Below are positions 25,948 to 38,226 of a DNA stretch of 64,000 nt, in pieces. Positions within the stretch are counted from its first letter, which is position 1; each line of letters begins with the position of its first letter. The position numbers and the translations under genes are program-made. The stretch spans positions 18,972,001-19,036,000 of the forward strand of contig OZ024752.1 in assembly GCA_964016885.1 (NCBI GenBank), given 5' to 3'. The DNA comes from Eledone cirrhosa. Its lineage: Eukaryota. The notes beneath the pieces were generated by a model. It worked only from the letters and a program-made list of their open reading frames with translations. It was not told the origin of the DNA and did not search any database.

Positions 25948-26012
25948 TATTTTATCTGATGAAAGCACACCATAATTTAACTTGGTGTCCTTGAAATATG
26001 TATAATGAAATA
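25948..26012 (+). ncRNA. Type I hammerhead ribozyme motif in the 3' pLTR
   Basis: Stem I tattttat/atgaaata, CTGATGA, stem II, GAAA, near-palindromic stem III atatgtat; predicted cleavage after A26004. Confidence 0.78.
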
Positions 26013-26138
26013 AATATGGTTTTATAAATATAGTTTCCATTTGTTAATATATCGTATTTTTACTCCAATAATTTGTTGAGTGCTTTATATCAGTTATAAA
26101 AATATTTGCTTGTTGTATCCCAACAATTTAAATAGAAC

Positions 26139-26177
<39 letters not shown>

Positions 26178-27998
26178 AATGAAAAATGGCGTGCTGTGTT
26201 GTTGCAAATGTGATATACAAATTAAAATGAAGAATTAGAAATAGAAGCTAGGACTATCCATCATCAGTGGTCTACTAGCGATCATAAGTATTTCTTCGCA
26301 TTAAAGACCAGATATCTCAGGCTAGCGCGAACAATAACTAAAATAAGTTATTGGGATAAAAAGAATTGGGTGATATCACCCAAATATATATATATATATA
26401 TATATATATCACCCAAATCGGTGAACCCATACGTACATATATATATGTGTGCATGTATGTATGTATATACATACTACTGTACGTCTGTATACATATATGT
26501 ATGTATGCATACATACTTATATTTAAACGCGTTATTACTCACATGTCGCATCCTTTCGACATTCAGAAAAAAGATTTACAACAGCTCTGGCTAGCAGAAT
26601 TTGGGATTTGAAAGACCAAGGCATCCAATATAAATTAGATTGGTCAATTTTGAACCAATCTAAAGAATATGCAAGAGGAACAAGAAAATGCACGCTCTGC
26701 ATAAATGAAAAATATTGGATATTGCAAAATCTAAAATCACCAAAGACCTGCCTGAACACAAAGACGGAAATTTTCACCAGTTGCCCACACATGAAATCAC
26801 ACCTGCTTTCCAACTCATATAAACTTAACACACTTTCAAATACTTATCCTCCATAAACTCTTATTATTCTCTTTATAATTACCCTTTCTGATTTACTTTC
26901 ATTTTTATCCTTATCATTAATTTCATTTATTTTAATTTTAATTTTTATTTTTATTTTTATTTTTATTTTTATTTATATTTTTATATATTTTTTTTATTTT
27001 TACTTCACCCCCTCCCCCTTTATTCTCCGATTCACTTACCTAATATCTTCACTTTCCATTTTTTACTTCCCTATTTCCTTCACTAACTGATTACAGACGT
27101 CATTTGCGTTTTCCACTCCAGATATATTTTTTATTTTTATTTTTATTTTTTATTTTTGTGCAGCCAATCTTACAATTTTATAATTTTATATTTGTACTTA
27201 TCCACAAGTTTTTTACACCCTGTATCAATGTGGCTGAACGCCTTAATGTGTGTATACTTTCTATATATGTACATGAGCGACTACGTATGTGCGCGTGCGT
27301 GCGTGTATATATATATATATGTATGTGTATGTGTATGTGTCTTTATATCCGTGTTTTTACATCTAGGTTTTATGTTTTGTTCCTTTTTTCTTCTCCCCCC
27401 CTTTTTTACATCATCATTTTTATGCGTGTGCATGCAAACAGGTCAATATGCGTGAGTGTAAGTATGTGTGTGTGTGTGTACGTATCGAACGTATGGATGT
27501 GTAAGTGTGCGTGTGTATATAAGAATGTATATTTTTGTGGTTTTTTTGTGAGATATACGTGTGTGTGTATGTATGTACCTTGTTTGTCTTCTTTTCTTTA
27601 ATTTTTTCTTTCTAAATTATTGTTCCATTTTTATAAATATATCGAGATTGATACTTTTCCTTTAATTATTACACTCCCTTACCTCTTTTACTTCCGCATC
27701 TAAGTGTACGTGTGTGTAGGTGTATTTATGCGCGTGCCTTCATATTCTTATGATGTATCTATTCTGTCTGTAGATTACAGATACACAGATACATTTGCCC
27801 TAAATTATATATTTACGCACACTTTTTCACTATACGTATACATATGTGCATACACATATATGCACATCTGTGAACGTATATACATACATATACACACACC
27901 TAACTATATTTCTTGAAAGATTATTATATATTTCATATTCTAATTCATTTGTCTATATCTTTTTTGTTTTTTTGCTTTTCTTGATGAGACTTTCCAAG

Positions 27999-28581
27999 TA
28001 TTGTTATACTTTGGGAGGGTCATGTTGCCAATAAGAAACACACGCACCAGTTGCTTTCACTTAAATTTATTATAATAAATTTATAATAAATTTATAAATT
28101 TCTGGTTGGTTGGTTGGTTCCACAACCAGATAGTTGTTTATATATAGTCATAGTTCTTTCGTCACACACTCTGTGACCTCTTCAGTGACTGGGGATTCCT
28201 TTCTTTGTTTCTGTGCCTCTCCTTTGTTCTGTCCTACGCCATTTTGTTTTGTTTCTGTGTGTGTGTTCACAGAAACAAAATGGCGTAGGACAGAACAAAG
28301 GAGAGGCACAGAAACAAAGAAAGGAATCCCCAGTCACTGAAGAGGTCACAGAGTGTGTGACGAAAGAACTATGACTATATATAAACAACTATCTGGTTGT
28401 GGAACCAACCAACCAACCAGAAATTTATAAATTTATTATAAATTTATTATAATAAATTGAAGTGAAAGCAACTGGTGCGTGTGTTTCTTATTGGCAACAT
28501 GACCCTCCCAAAGTATAACAATATCGGTTTCAACACACGATTTCAGATAAAGAATCTTGCTAAACAAATTCAGAAACGAAA
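27999..28581. mobile_element. Inverted pair of PLE terminal repeats (same family as 12377-16035) with target-site duplication
   Basis: Arms are 27999-~28268 and ~28268-28523, with an extension at 28524-28581. The direct repeat actttccaagtatt occurs at 27989-28002 and 28581-28594. Hammerhead motifs lie at 28146-28190 (-) and 28332-28376 (+). Confidence 0.88.
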
Positions 28582-28608
28582 CTTTCCAAGTATTTACCCA
28601 TGTTTTAT

Positions 28609-28686
28609 ATTGCCTCGTCTGACGAACGAATGAAGACGTTTCTTTCGTATTTGCCTCATTCGGGAAACCTCTGGTAATGAGGTAAT
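28609..28686 (+). ncRNA. Type I hammerhead ribozyme motif (best formed in the window)
   Basis: Stem I attgcctcgt/atgaggtaat (10 bp including G-U), CTGACGA, stem II cgaatga/tcattcg, GAAA, stem III acc(tct)ggt, GUA cleavage after A28676. Confidence 0.82.
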
Positions 28687-28786
28687 TATATTGTATTGAT
28701 TTTTATACATTAAATTTTGCTCTGATACTTACATAGCGCACTCTTCACTTCTATGACCTTTTCTGTTTTCAACGGAAATTTCAATA

Positions 28787-28825
<39 letters not shown>

Positions 28826-28827
<2 letters not shown>

Positions 28828-29169
28828 ACTTAGAGTTTACACTCAATGGGGTCATTTACAATCATTTCAGCTCTAAGAATCGTTTCTGAGCAGAATAAAT
28901 TAATATTTGATGAACATTTACATGTTTTAGTTGCAATTGACTAATAAAATCGTTAGAATGAAATATCTTAATTCAAATACATATAGTTTGTCTGTACGAT
29001 CTAAAAAATAATAAATCAATACTCACAAACTCATATGAGTTTGTGAGTATTGATTTATTATTTTTTAGATCGTACAGACAAACTATATGTATTTGAATTA
29101 AGATATTTCATTCTAACGATTTTATTAGTCAATTGCAACTAAAACATGTAAATGTTCATCAAATATTAA
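28826..29169. mobile_element. Spacer-less palindrome (~135 bp arms, centre 29034/29035) with one-sided extension 28826-28898; probably PLE termini
   Basis: ...actcacaaactcat|atgagtttgtgagt... The arms mirror from ttaatatttgatg to catcaaatattaa; flanks are (TA)n. Confidence 0.7.
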
Positions 29170-29239
29170 ATATATATATTTATATATATATATATATGTA
29201 ACAAAATATCTATTTGGAATAACTGTTTTTATAAACTGG

Positions 29240-29473
29240 ATGCAGGAACACAAACCAACTCATCTGTAAACTAGGAGTGGCATCTATTTTTCAACTAAGT
29301 CATAAGTACTAATATAATTGTTTCTACTTTTGGCAGAAAGCCAGCAATTACCCAGTGCATTACTGGTACATTATATTATCGACTCCGTAAGGATGAAAGT
29401 CAAAGTTAACCTCGACGGGATTTGAACTTAGAATGGCAAGGGCCGTAACTCTTTGCATCAAAGCATGGTGTTC
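29240..29473 (-). mobile_element. SINE family 1 variant with ~75 nt extra 3' sequence shared with 56720-56982
   Basis: Near-identical flank atgcaggaacacaaaccaactc...aagtactaatata adjoins the SINE tail in both copies. Confidence 0.8.
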
Positions 29474-29699
29474 GACCCTCTACCGATACTGCAATATAAT
29501 GGCCTTAGCTATGCTTTGTAGCATATAGTTACAGCCCTTTACATTCTGAGTTCAAATCCTGCCGATGTTAGGTTTGCCTTTCATCCTTACAGGGTTGATA
29601 AAATAAAGTACCATAACGTTCGGGGATCGATTTAATTGACTTTCCCTTCCCCGCAAAATTGTTGGCTTTAGGCCTAAATCAGAAACCATTAGCCATATT

Positions 29700-30305
29700 T
29701 TAACCCTTTAATTACCATATTTCCAATAAAAGACTCTAGTTATTCTTTTCAAATAATTTTGAAAGTAATTATGAATTTGGCGAGATTTAATAGTACAGGG
29801 CGTCCTTAAAGTTTGGAAATATCACTATTTATAACTAACTATAATTCTTTTACCCCCACAGTTTAAGAGTTTATCAAAAGTAGAAAACATTGAACTAGTA
29901 CTTCTCAGTGGATGTGAGGGATGGTCATATCTAAACATGGATTTTTTTAATGCACGTCATCCCACAAGGACCCCATATTTTAGGGACATCCTGTATAACC
30001 AGCTCTTTCACTATTAAGCCAGTGTTTGAAGCATAAAGTAACAAATGTTTTTTTTTACATAAGATTATGATAGGTTTTTAGATAACAATGAACTTTAGAT
30101 AACAATAAAGCAATTTTGAAAATAATAAAAAATTAGTACTATAACTAATTTTCTCATGATTAAGTTGGTGTTTGGAACACAACTTTCTCATGATTCTTAC
30201 ATAAATTATTATGGCAGATTTTTAGATAAATATAAATATTTTAATATAAAAGAGTATTGTATTATTGAAGCAGGGGTTTCATGTGGTTTGGTATCAAAAA
30301 GTTTA
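29700..30305 (+). mobile_element. TTAA-flanked MITE (piggyBac-like termini); related copies at 33658-34291 and 34537-34779
   Basis: Ends read ttaacccttt...aaaagtttaa/aaagggtcaa; the internal gattt.gtaatataac and agctggtgtttgg segments are shared between copies. Confidence 0.6.
29796..29993. mobile_element. Tc1/mariner-type MITE with TA TSD
   Basis: TA-cagggcgtccttaaa ... tttagggacatcctg-TA. Confidence 0.8.
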
Positions 30306-31797
30306 ACATCATAATAATTTGGTACAATGGAGAGCCAGGAAAACTATGTGAAAGTTTCATAATATACAAACAATAACTGTGAGTAAATATATAAACTTGT
30401 TTAGCAGAATGTAGTTAGAATGTCTCAGGAAAGAATCACTGGACAGATTCTACTGGCAGGAGACCCAAGGGGTAGACTCAGAGCATGGATAACATCCATG
30501 AGCTTGGCTGGTCTCACTTGAAAAAGAAGAAGAAGAATCTATTGTATAATCCAAATGTTATGAACAACAACACACATATGTATGAGTTGACAACTGTGTG
30601 GTTACATGGGTGACAACATCACAATTTAACTCTTTTCATACAAAACCACATGAAACCACCCCTGCTTCAATAATACAATACTCTTTTATGCTAAAATATG
30701 TAAACATCTACCCTTTCTATGACTGGATGCTCTTTTATCACCAACCACTTTACAGGGTGTACTGGGTGCATTTGTGTAGATCACCAAACACTAGGGAGGT
30801 TGACACCCAGGGGTAGACCCCAAGCAATGAGCTTGGCTGGTCTCACTTGAGGATCCAGTCAGATCAGTTGGAGATAGTGCTTCTGGCTGGACCCACTGGA
30901 AGGGGTAGTTTGAGGACTCTGCCCCCACAACCCTCAGGAATAAGTGGGTCAAAAAGAAGATGTTGTTTTATTATCAGTACTCCTCTCTATGTGTCATTAA
31001 CCATTGGCAGTATTGGTAGAGCAGCAGACAAACATGCTTTGCAGCATATAATTACGACCCTTTATGTTCTGAGTTCAAATGCCCTTGAGATTAGCTTTGC
31101 CTTTCATCCTAACGGGGGTCAATAAAAAATAATAAAGTACCAATAATGCACAGGGGTCAATTTAATCGACCCCCCCCCCCCCAAAAAAAAAATTGTTGGC
31201 CTTGTGCCTAAATCAGAAACCTTTGTTAACCATAATACTATTACAACCCAATAATTACTTTTAGGCTAAATGCTTTATCAACAGAACAGATTATGGCAGA
31301 CAAGTTGCTAGCTATGGTGTGCTATTTATATTCTAATAAAGGCTGGGAAAATTGCATATTTTGAAAATTGATATCACCTAATAAGAAAACATTGGTTGAA
31401 CACATTTGGTATTCTATTTATCTCCTCCATCCTACACTATTTTCTGCCCCACACCCCTTTGCTAGACTCCTCTTCTCCTCCTGAGATCTCTCGACCAAAT
31501 AGTTTCAGATTTCTTAATGTGTAATATCAGCTTAATGTCATTTCTTAGCCTTCTCTTAATTACAAATTCAACTGTTTACAGTTCACCCCCGCTTCAGCAT
31601 TTAGTTATTTATGTCTGTCTAGATTTCAGCACTGACATAGCTGTGTAGTTAAAGAAATTGCTTTGTAAACATGTGGCTTTGAGCTCACTCCTACTGCGTG
31701 GCACCTTTTGGCAAGTGCCTCCTCCTACTACAGCCCTGGCATGACCAATACCTTGTGAAGGAAATTTGGCCTATGGTACATACACATACATACACAG

Positions 31798-31830
<33 letters not shown>

Positions 31831-31893
31831 CAACACATACACAGATATATATACATATATATACTACACACATACAGACACACACACAGATAT

Positions 31894-31927
<34 letters not shown>

Positions 31928-33762
31928 AACACATACACAGATATATATACATATATATACTACACACATACAGACACTTACACACATCATCATCATCACC
32001 GTTTTACGCACACATATATATATATGAGAAATGGCATGCTGCGTGGTTGCACATGGATTACCTATGGATAAAATTAGTCCTTCATCAGTGATCTGTTTCT
32101 TTCTTACTGCTTCCCCTTTCTCTGTATCTCTCACCTTCTTTTTGCCCCCTCTGCCAGTCACTCTCTCTCAGCTGGCCTCTTCCTCACACACTCACTCACT
32201 CACTCTCTGCTTCTCCCCTCTCTCACTTCCTCCCGTTTGACCTGTGTGAAATCCTTTTCTCACTCATCTCACCCAGGTCGGATAGTCTTTACCTCTCGTC
32301 TATGATTTCACCGAGCTTAAGTTCACAGATATCACGGACTTGTCTCTTCTCTTCCTCTCTTTCCGTTGCATTACCATCTTTGTTTGTTTACATGTCTCGC
32401 TTGCTTCACCCTATTTTACGTGTCCCAATAACTTTCTTTAGTTATTGCTCGCACAAACCAGAGGTATATGATCTTTAAAGCGAAGAAATACCAATGAAGG
32501 TTGGAAGATCACTGATGAAGGACTAATTTTATTCATATGTAACCCATGTGCAACGACGCAGTAAAAAGAAAGAGATGTCAAAAATATCCAAAATAGATAC
32601 ATAAAAAAATAGTAAAATGTTACTTCACTGAGCAAGAAGTGGCTTGTGAGGCTGTCAAAAGAAGTAAAGGAGGAACTGAGTTGTATTTTGTTTGAGGTGA
32701 TAGTGAATATGTCACTTAATATACCATGAAAGATTATTATAACTGCCATGTACACTATCAACATTTCATCACATTCCTTGTATTATTTGCAACTTCTACC
32801 ATTCTATGACACTAAGGAAACATCTGTGGGTAGAGGCAGCTTTTATCTTCCAGTAGAAATAACTTTTAATTATTACCTTTTTATCAGTTAGGAGGGAGAA
32901 CAGTGCTCATGGCCTTTTTCAAGGGTCTTCAAGATGGTGGGAGGATGAAGAGAGAGAGAAGGTGTTAGTGGAGGAGGAAGAGCAGTGTTGATGTCTATTT
33001 TCAAGGGTTCTGAAGATGTTGGGAGGAGAAAGAGAGAGGAAGGTATTAGTGGAAGAGGAAGGGTGGTGCTCATGGCCCCTTTCAAGGGTCTTCAAGATGA
33101 TGGGGGTGGGAGAGAGGAAGGTATCCTAAAACTAGAGACTTGGTCCAAACGCTTACAACAGGGGGATATCTTAGGTTAACCAAGCGCCATGTGGTGAAAA
33201 TGTTATACTAAGCAACTGATTAAGTCTACTAACCAACTAAACCATGGCAGGATTTGAACTGAAAATGCTTCAAACCAGAAGAAATAGCACAAGTTATCTT
33301 CTCCAGACCACTGGCCTTCAGTGATACTTTAATTTTTTGACCCAGGAAGGATGAAAAGCAAAGTTGATCTTGGTGGGGTTTGAACTTAGAATGCAAGGAT
33401 CTAGAATAAATACTAAAAGTTGTTTTTGATTTTTAGCCCCAGGTCAGCTTTACTTGAGCAAACTTATAATAAAAAAAACATTCCAGTTGTGATCATTCTG
33501 TATTTAAATTTTTTTTTAGATATAACTGTACTAACTACATCTAATATGTTACTCTTAAATATTGTAGAATATAATTGAGGTGGAAGTAATCTGGCATCTA
33601 TTTCTAGCAAAGCAGGTAACTGCATAGCGCCTACCTCATTAACTAATTTTCTGTTGGTTAACCCTTTTTGTATTTTTTTTACAATATTTCTAATGATAGA
33701 CACTGCTTGTGATTTTCAGTTAATTTTGAGAATACTCAAGAAAATGAACAGATTTAGTAATA

Positions 33763-33937
33763 CAGTGAAATTCTGTTATAATGAAATTCATGGGGTATAA
33801 AAAAAAATTGTTGTATCGAAAAATTCTTTATAACAAGATTGACCGAAACACATTCAGTGTGTGGCGGGGATTGAAAATAATTTTGTTATACTAAAAAATT
33901 TGTTATAATGGTATTCGTTATAATGGAATTTTACCTG
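33763..33937. mobile_element. pogo/Tigger-type MITE with TA TSD
   Basis: TA-cagtgaaattctgttataatgaa ... ttcgttataatggaattttacctg-TA. Confidence 0.78.
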
Positions 33938-33989
33938 TATAACCTAACTTTCTCCTAATTAAGCTGGTGTTTGGGATATAATGAAAAGT

Positions 33990-34225
33990 CATACAATCAT
34001 ATGGGTTTGATTCCTGGATTGGGTTGTGGGTTGTGTTCTTGAGCAAAATACTTCATTTCATGTTGCCCCAGTATACTCAGCTGAAAGTGAGTACCAGCAA
34101 TAGCTGGAGGTTTCACCCTGTGATGGACTGGCATCCTGTTCAGAGGAGCATCCTGTACTCTCAGTTGTTTCATGCCACAGAAATCGGAATAAGCACTGGC
34201 TTGAATGAGCCTCCGGGCTCGAGAC
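33990..34225 (+). mobile_element. Degenerate CORE-type SINE with a different 3' body
   Basis: gtgttcttgagcaaaatacttcattt (CORE-like) followed by ccctgtgatggactggcatcctgttcag...catgccacagaaatcgg. Confidence 0.55.
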
Positions 34226-34927
34226 AAACTTTAGACTTTTGCATCATAGAAGAAAGTGTGGTTTCAGGCAGTTTGGTATAAAAAAAGTTAAGTTATAAAG
34301 AATATATACTTTTAAAGCTAGACCAATTATCAGGGTTTTCAATCTACTGGAACCATAGTCTTTATAAAACATTAATAAAATATTTACTTTATTTAGGACT
34401 TATCTATTGAGGACATTGCCAGTAGCTATTTAATAACTAAAAGATGTGATAGCCATGTTTCTACCATGGAACATGAGCCTGTGCGGGATCCTCTACATGG
34501 TCAATTGACCTACTTGAAATAGCAGTCACGTCTTCTTAACTCTTTCATTACCATATTTATAATGAAAGACACTGATTATGCTTTTCAAATAATTTTGAAA
34601 ATAATTATGAATTTCAGGAGATTTAGTAATATAACTTTCTCATTATTAGCTTAACAAATTTTGTTTTTATATAAATTTATGATGGAAGGTTTTTAGTTAA
34701 ATATAAAGACTTTAAAACAAACAGTTTTATATTACAGAACTAGGGAGTGATTCAGGCAGTTTTGTACGAAAAGGGTCAAGTCACATCCTTCTAACTTGAA
34801 AGAGGAAATGACACTTTGGATAATGTATTCCTAGATAGCTTTGAAAAAGCAGGATGGAATGCCTTTTTATCAGATCTGCTCACTAAGAGTTGACCTGGGG
34901 CTAAACTTCAACAACCAAAGACTAGAT

Positions 34928-35854
34928 CAGAGGTTCTCAAAGTGCCCCCCCCCCCCCCGGGCGGGCCTCCCCCTTCCCCACTGAGCGTTGAGAAGGTCCA
35001 GAGGCGTTAGGGATGATATAATAGTATATTAAATATCAAATGATACATATATATAAATATAGTAAAATAAAAAATATCTATTTATACATTACTAGCAGAT
35101 GTACTCGGCGTTGCTCGGGAAATGAATGACAGCCTGTTTGTCCGTATAAAGAGAGCCAAAGGTTGAGCAAAGAATTGAAATGTAATTATAAAAAAAAGTT
35201 TAACAAAATGGGTGTACAGTGACATGATTGAGTGATTTGGTTGAAATCGGCCTAGTACTTCAAAAGTTAAAAGAAGCCTAGTATTTGTACACAGACAGAC
35301 ACACACACACACACACACACAGACCGACTTGCTTTTATATATATAGACTAGCAGATGTACCCGGCGTTGCTCAGGAAATGAATGACAGCCTGAATTGTTC
35401 AAGGTCGTTTATGGCTTAGCTAGCAATTTCTGAGTGCATGTCAGCTTATGTCAGCTAATTGGCTAGCCAATGAGAGGTCGCCTCAATAGCACGTGCCAAA
35501 TCAGCCTAGTACTTCAAAAGTTAAAAGGAGCCTAGTATTTGTACACAGACAGATACACACACAAAATCGATTTTTCGGCCCCAATATCGATTTTTTTTTT
35601 CATATTTGTTTTTGTCCAAAACCTGCTCTGGCATATAAGCAAAACGTGTGCCAAATTTGGTTGAAATCGGCCTAGTACTTCAAAAGTTAAAAGGAGCTTA
35701 GTATTTGTACACAGACAGACAGACACACTCACACAGGCCGTTACAATTTGCATGTAGACAGGTCTCTCTGGAAATAGGGTTGAGGGGGTGCTGAGGGTAT
35801 TATGTGGCTGTGAGGGCCCCTCTCCCTTGTTCCGGAAACGTTTGAGAACCTTTG
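34928..35854. mobile_element. hAT (Charlie-like) MITE with 8-bp TSD, containing Helitron-like repeats
   Basis: TIRs cagaggttctcaaa / tttgagaacctttg; TSD gactagat at 34920-34927 and 35855-35862. Confidence 0.85.
35091..35740 (+). mobile_element. Two head-to-tail non-autonomous Helitron/Helentron-like repeats
   Basis: Both start actagcagatgtac.cggcgttgctc.ggaaatg (35091, 35347) and share gaaatcggcctagtacttcaaaag...acagacagac(ac)n; the first ends tttatatatatag. Confidence 0.6.
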
Positions 35855-36107
35855 GACTAGATAGACATTGTGTGAGAGATAGGGAAGAGCTGCAGTCTGT
35901 CTTCTCTGTCATTTGGGGCAAACAGAGAGGGGGTGTGTTTTATTAACTGTTCTGTTGACACAATAAATACTAGTAATAAACTTTGATAAGTAGTGATATA
36001 TGATGGGAAGGAAACAGAGGATCAACTTTATCTAATGATCAACTCTATCTCCAAGGAAGAGCTTATTATCTATAGAAACAAAAACTAAAATATACTTCAT
36101 ATAAATT

Positions 36108-36182
<75 letters not shown>

Positions 36183-36579
36183 CCTCTAAGCATTTATATT
36201 TGACAGAATCATCATGATAATGATGGTAATTTTCATGGCTGATCTTTCATTTTTGACATAGGTTAGGTGGGTCAACATGAGATATCTTTAGTATAGGGAT
36301 GGTTGTTAGTGAAAGTGGTGACTGTGAAACAAAGTAACTAGTAACTGCCAAGTATCAAACAAAAAGAAAGGCTGTGTGGAGAAATGCAAGACATTTTTCT
36401 CCTTAGAGAACAGTGAAAGTGTGTGGCCCAGTGTTTATAGTGTTAGACTCAGGATCATAAGGTCGTAGTTTCAAATTCCTGGACCTATACAGGTACTATA
36501 CATTGTATTCTTGAGCAAGACACACTTCATTTTTTCATTAAAACACCTGAGAAAGCTCCTATGAAATACAACCTCATAT

Positions 36580-36927
36580 GGAGCACATGGCTTAGTGGTT
36601 AGAACATTGGCCTTGCAATCAAAAGGTTGTGAGTTCAATTCTCAGACCGGGTGATGTGTTGTTTCCTTGAGCAAGACACTTTATTTCACATTGCTCCAGT
36701 TTACTCAGCTGTAGAAATGAGATGATAGGGACTGGGATCCCTATCATTCCACTGTAAAGTGGTCGTGGAGGTGCCACGGCAAAAAAAGCACCCAGCACTC
36801 ACTGTAAATGAGGTTGGTGTTAGGAAGGGCATCCAGCTGTAGAAATCAAGCCAGAATCAGTTCCCGTCCCACCCTTGCAAGCAGGGAAAAGTGGACGTAA
36901 AATGAAATGATGAAATGAAATGATGAT
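36580..36927 (+). mobile_element. CORE-type SINE (family 2)
   Basis: Highly similar to 5974-6318. Confidence 0.85.
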
Positions 36928-37185
36928 ATGAGGCCAGGTAAACCTACATAGGTTTGAACTGTAATTTAAATTGTATCAGAGCCCAGCAACAAACCATGGG
37001 TTTTATGAGTCGGCAATGGTTGCATCTGCTCACTTGACCTGCTAGAAAGATGTTTCTCAAATCACAATGTATCATCATGTCAAGTGTCACATTGGTAAAC
37101 TTAGTAGAGCTTAGTTTAAAACATAGTATTTCTTCTACTTCTCTATATCTTGTGTTCAAATCCTGCCCAGTTTATAATAATAATA

Positions 37186-37378
37186 TAATTGTTTCTACTT
37201 TAGGCACAAGGCCAGCAATTACCCCAGTACATTACTGGTACTTTATTTTATCGACCCCGTAAGGATGAAAGGCAAAGTTAACCTCGGCGGGATTTGAACT
37301 CAGACCATAAAGGGCCGTAACTCTTTGCTGCAAAGCATGGCATCCGACCCTCTACCGATACTACCAATCCACCGCCCT
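37186..37378 (-). mobile_element. tRNA-derived SINE (family 1)
   Basis: Full-length reverse-complement copy. Confidence 0.85.
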
Positions 37379-37999
37379 GAATGAAATTATTGTGTACAGT
37401 GCTCAGGTGCACTACAACTTGTCAAAGGTACATGTATAGTACATAGAATAATATACAAATGTCAAGGAAGTGAATAGTGTATGAGTCATGATATACATGT
37501 ATGCATGTGTATGGAGGGGGAATATTAGGTGTAGTGTTGGCGAATCTCAGGAAGCATGGAGGTTTTAAAGGATGCAGTGTCTCAACAGCTAATATGGATT
37601 TACATTTCAGCCTTTGTGGGCTGTCAATAGATAAAGTACCAGTGCAAGGCAGTGGACATCACTGTTAGTGCATCAGACATGAAATGTGAGGCCTTGACGT
37701 ATCTCTTTCAGCTCTTTGTATTCTGCACCTCTGAGAGAAACTTTCCATGTGTAAACCCAGGGTCAGTCATGTGTGTTCTATCCTCGGTGTCTCTTGATAT
37801 GATGTTACTTGTAAGATATTATTAAGCTCAAGTACTGTTATATCAAGACTTTCCTTATTCTAATTGATGATTACTTTTTAACCTTTTATCAGATAATGAG
37901 ATATGACAGGGACACTGAGAAGCAGGGTTCCAACCCTGTTTAGGTTTGTGTTATTAGCTTACTAACTTTATCAGTTGATGGAGAAAAAGGATATGGAGC

Positions 38000-38226
38000 T
38001 TAAATCTTTAGCATTTACATTACTCTATATTTATTATTGTATTTTCACGGTAAACTCTTTATTTCACAATTACCTCACATAATATCGAATCTACAAGATT
38101 TTGATGTTATTTAATTTGAGAACAATAATTTAACAAAAGTATGAGCAGCCAGTTATGGCCAGTATGAACAGAAGGAGGTTGAAAATTTCTGGCCGGAAAT
38201 GGCCAGTTTAAATGCTAAAGTGTTAA
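38000..38226. mobile_element. TTAA-flanked MITE (second family)
   Basis: ttaa-atctttagcattta ... taaatgctaaagtg-ttaa. Confidence 0.65.

Larger units (their letters stand above)
22193..26140 (+). mobile_element. Full-length-type Penelope-like element with direct pseudo-LTRs (~22193-22701 and ~25596-26140); ORF disrupted
   Basis: ORF pieces 22756-24931: KSDKTNNLY, KDHKRNF..RLI, LDIANYYSSI, MGSSDSAQVTDLVG, LYRDD, VNFLD, CNCRNKSNCPLNNNCL..IVY..YVG..FKSRFNNH, CDLC..E..LN..CRH. About 500 bp direct repeats flank it within (TA)n. Confidence 0.92.
26521..28790 (+). mobile_element. 5'-truncated PLE (GIY-YIG C-terminus + long 3' region), interrupted by another PLE at 27999-28581
   Basis: SHVASFRHSEKRFTTALASRIWDLKDQGIQYKLDWSIL...CTLCINEK...LNTKTEIFTSCPH is homologous to the end of the 22756-24931 ORF; a hammerhead lies at 28609. 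Confidence 0.8.

Noticed and set aside
30420-30950. Short direct repeat (ggggtagac...atgagcttggctggtctcacttga) as a novel element
   Set aside because: It reads as decayed RTE-type C-terminal coding sequence (PRGRP...HELGWSHL); these are ordinary LINE remnants.
32512-32560. ctgatga as a hammerhead core
   Set aside because: No stem II followed by GAAA and no stem I partner are present.
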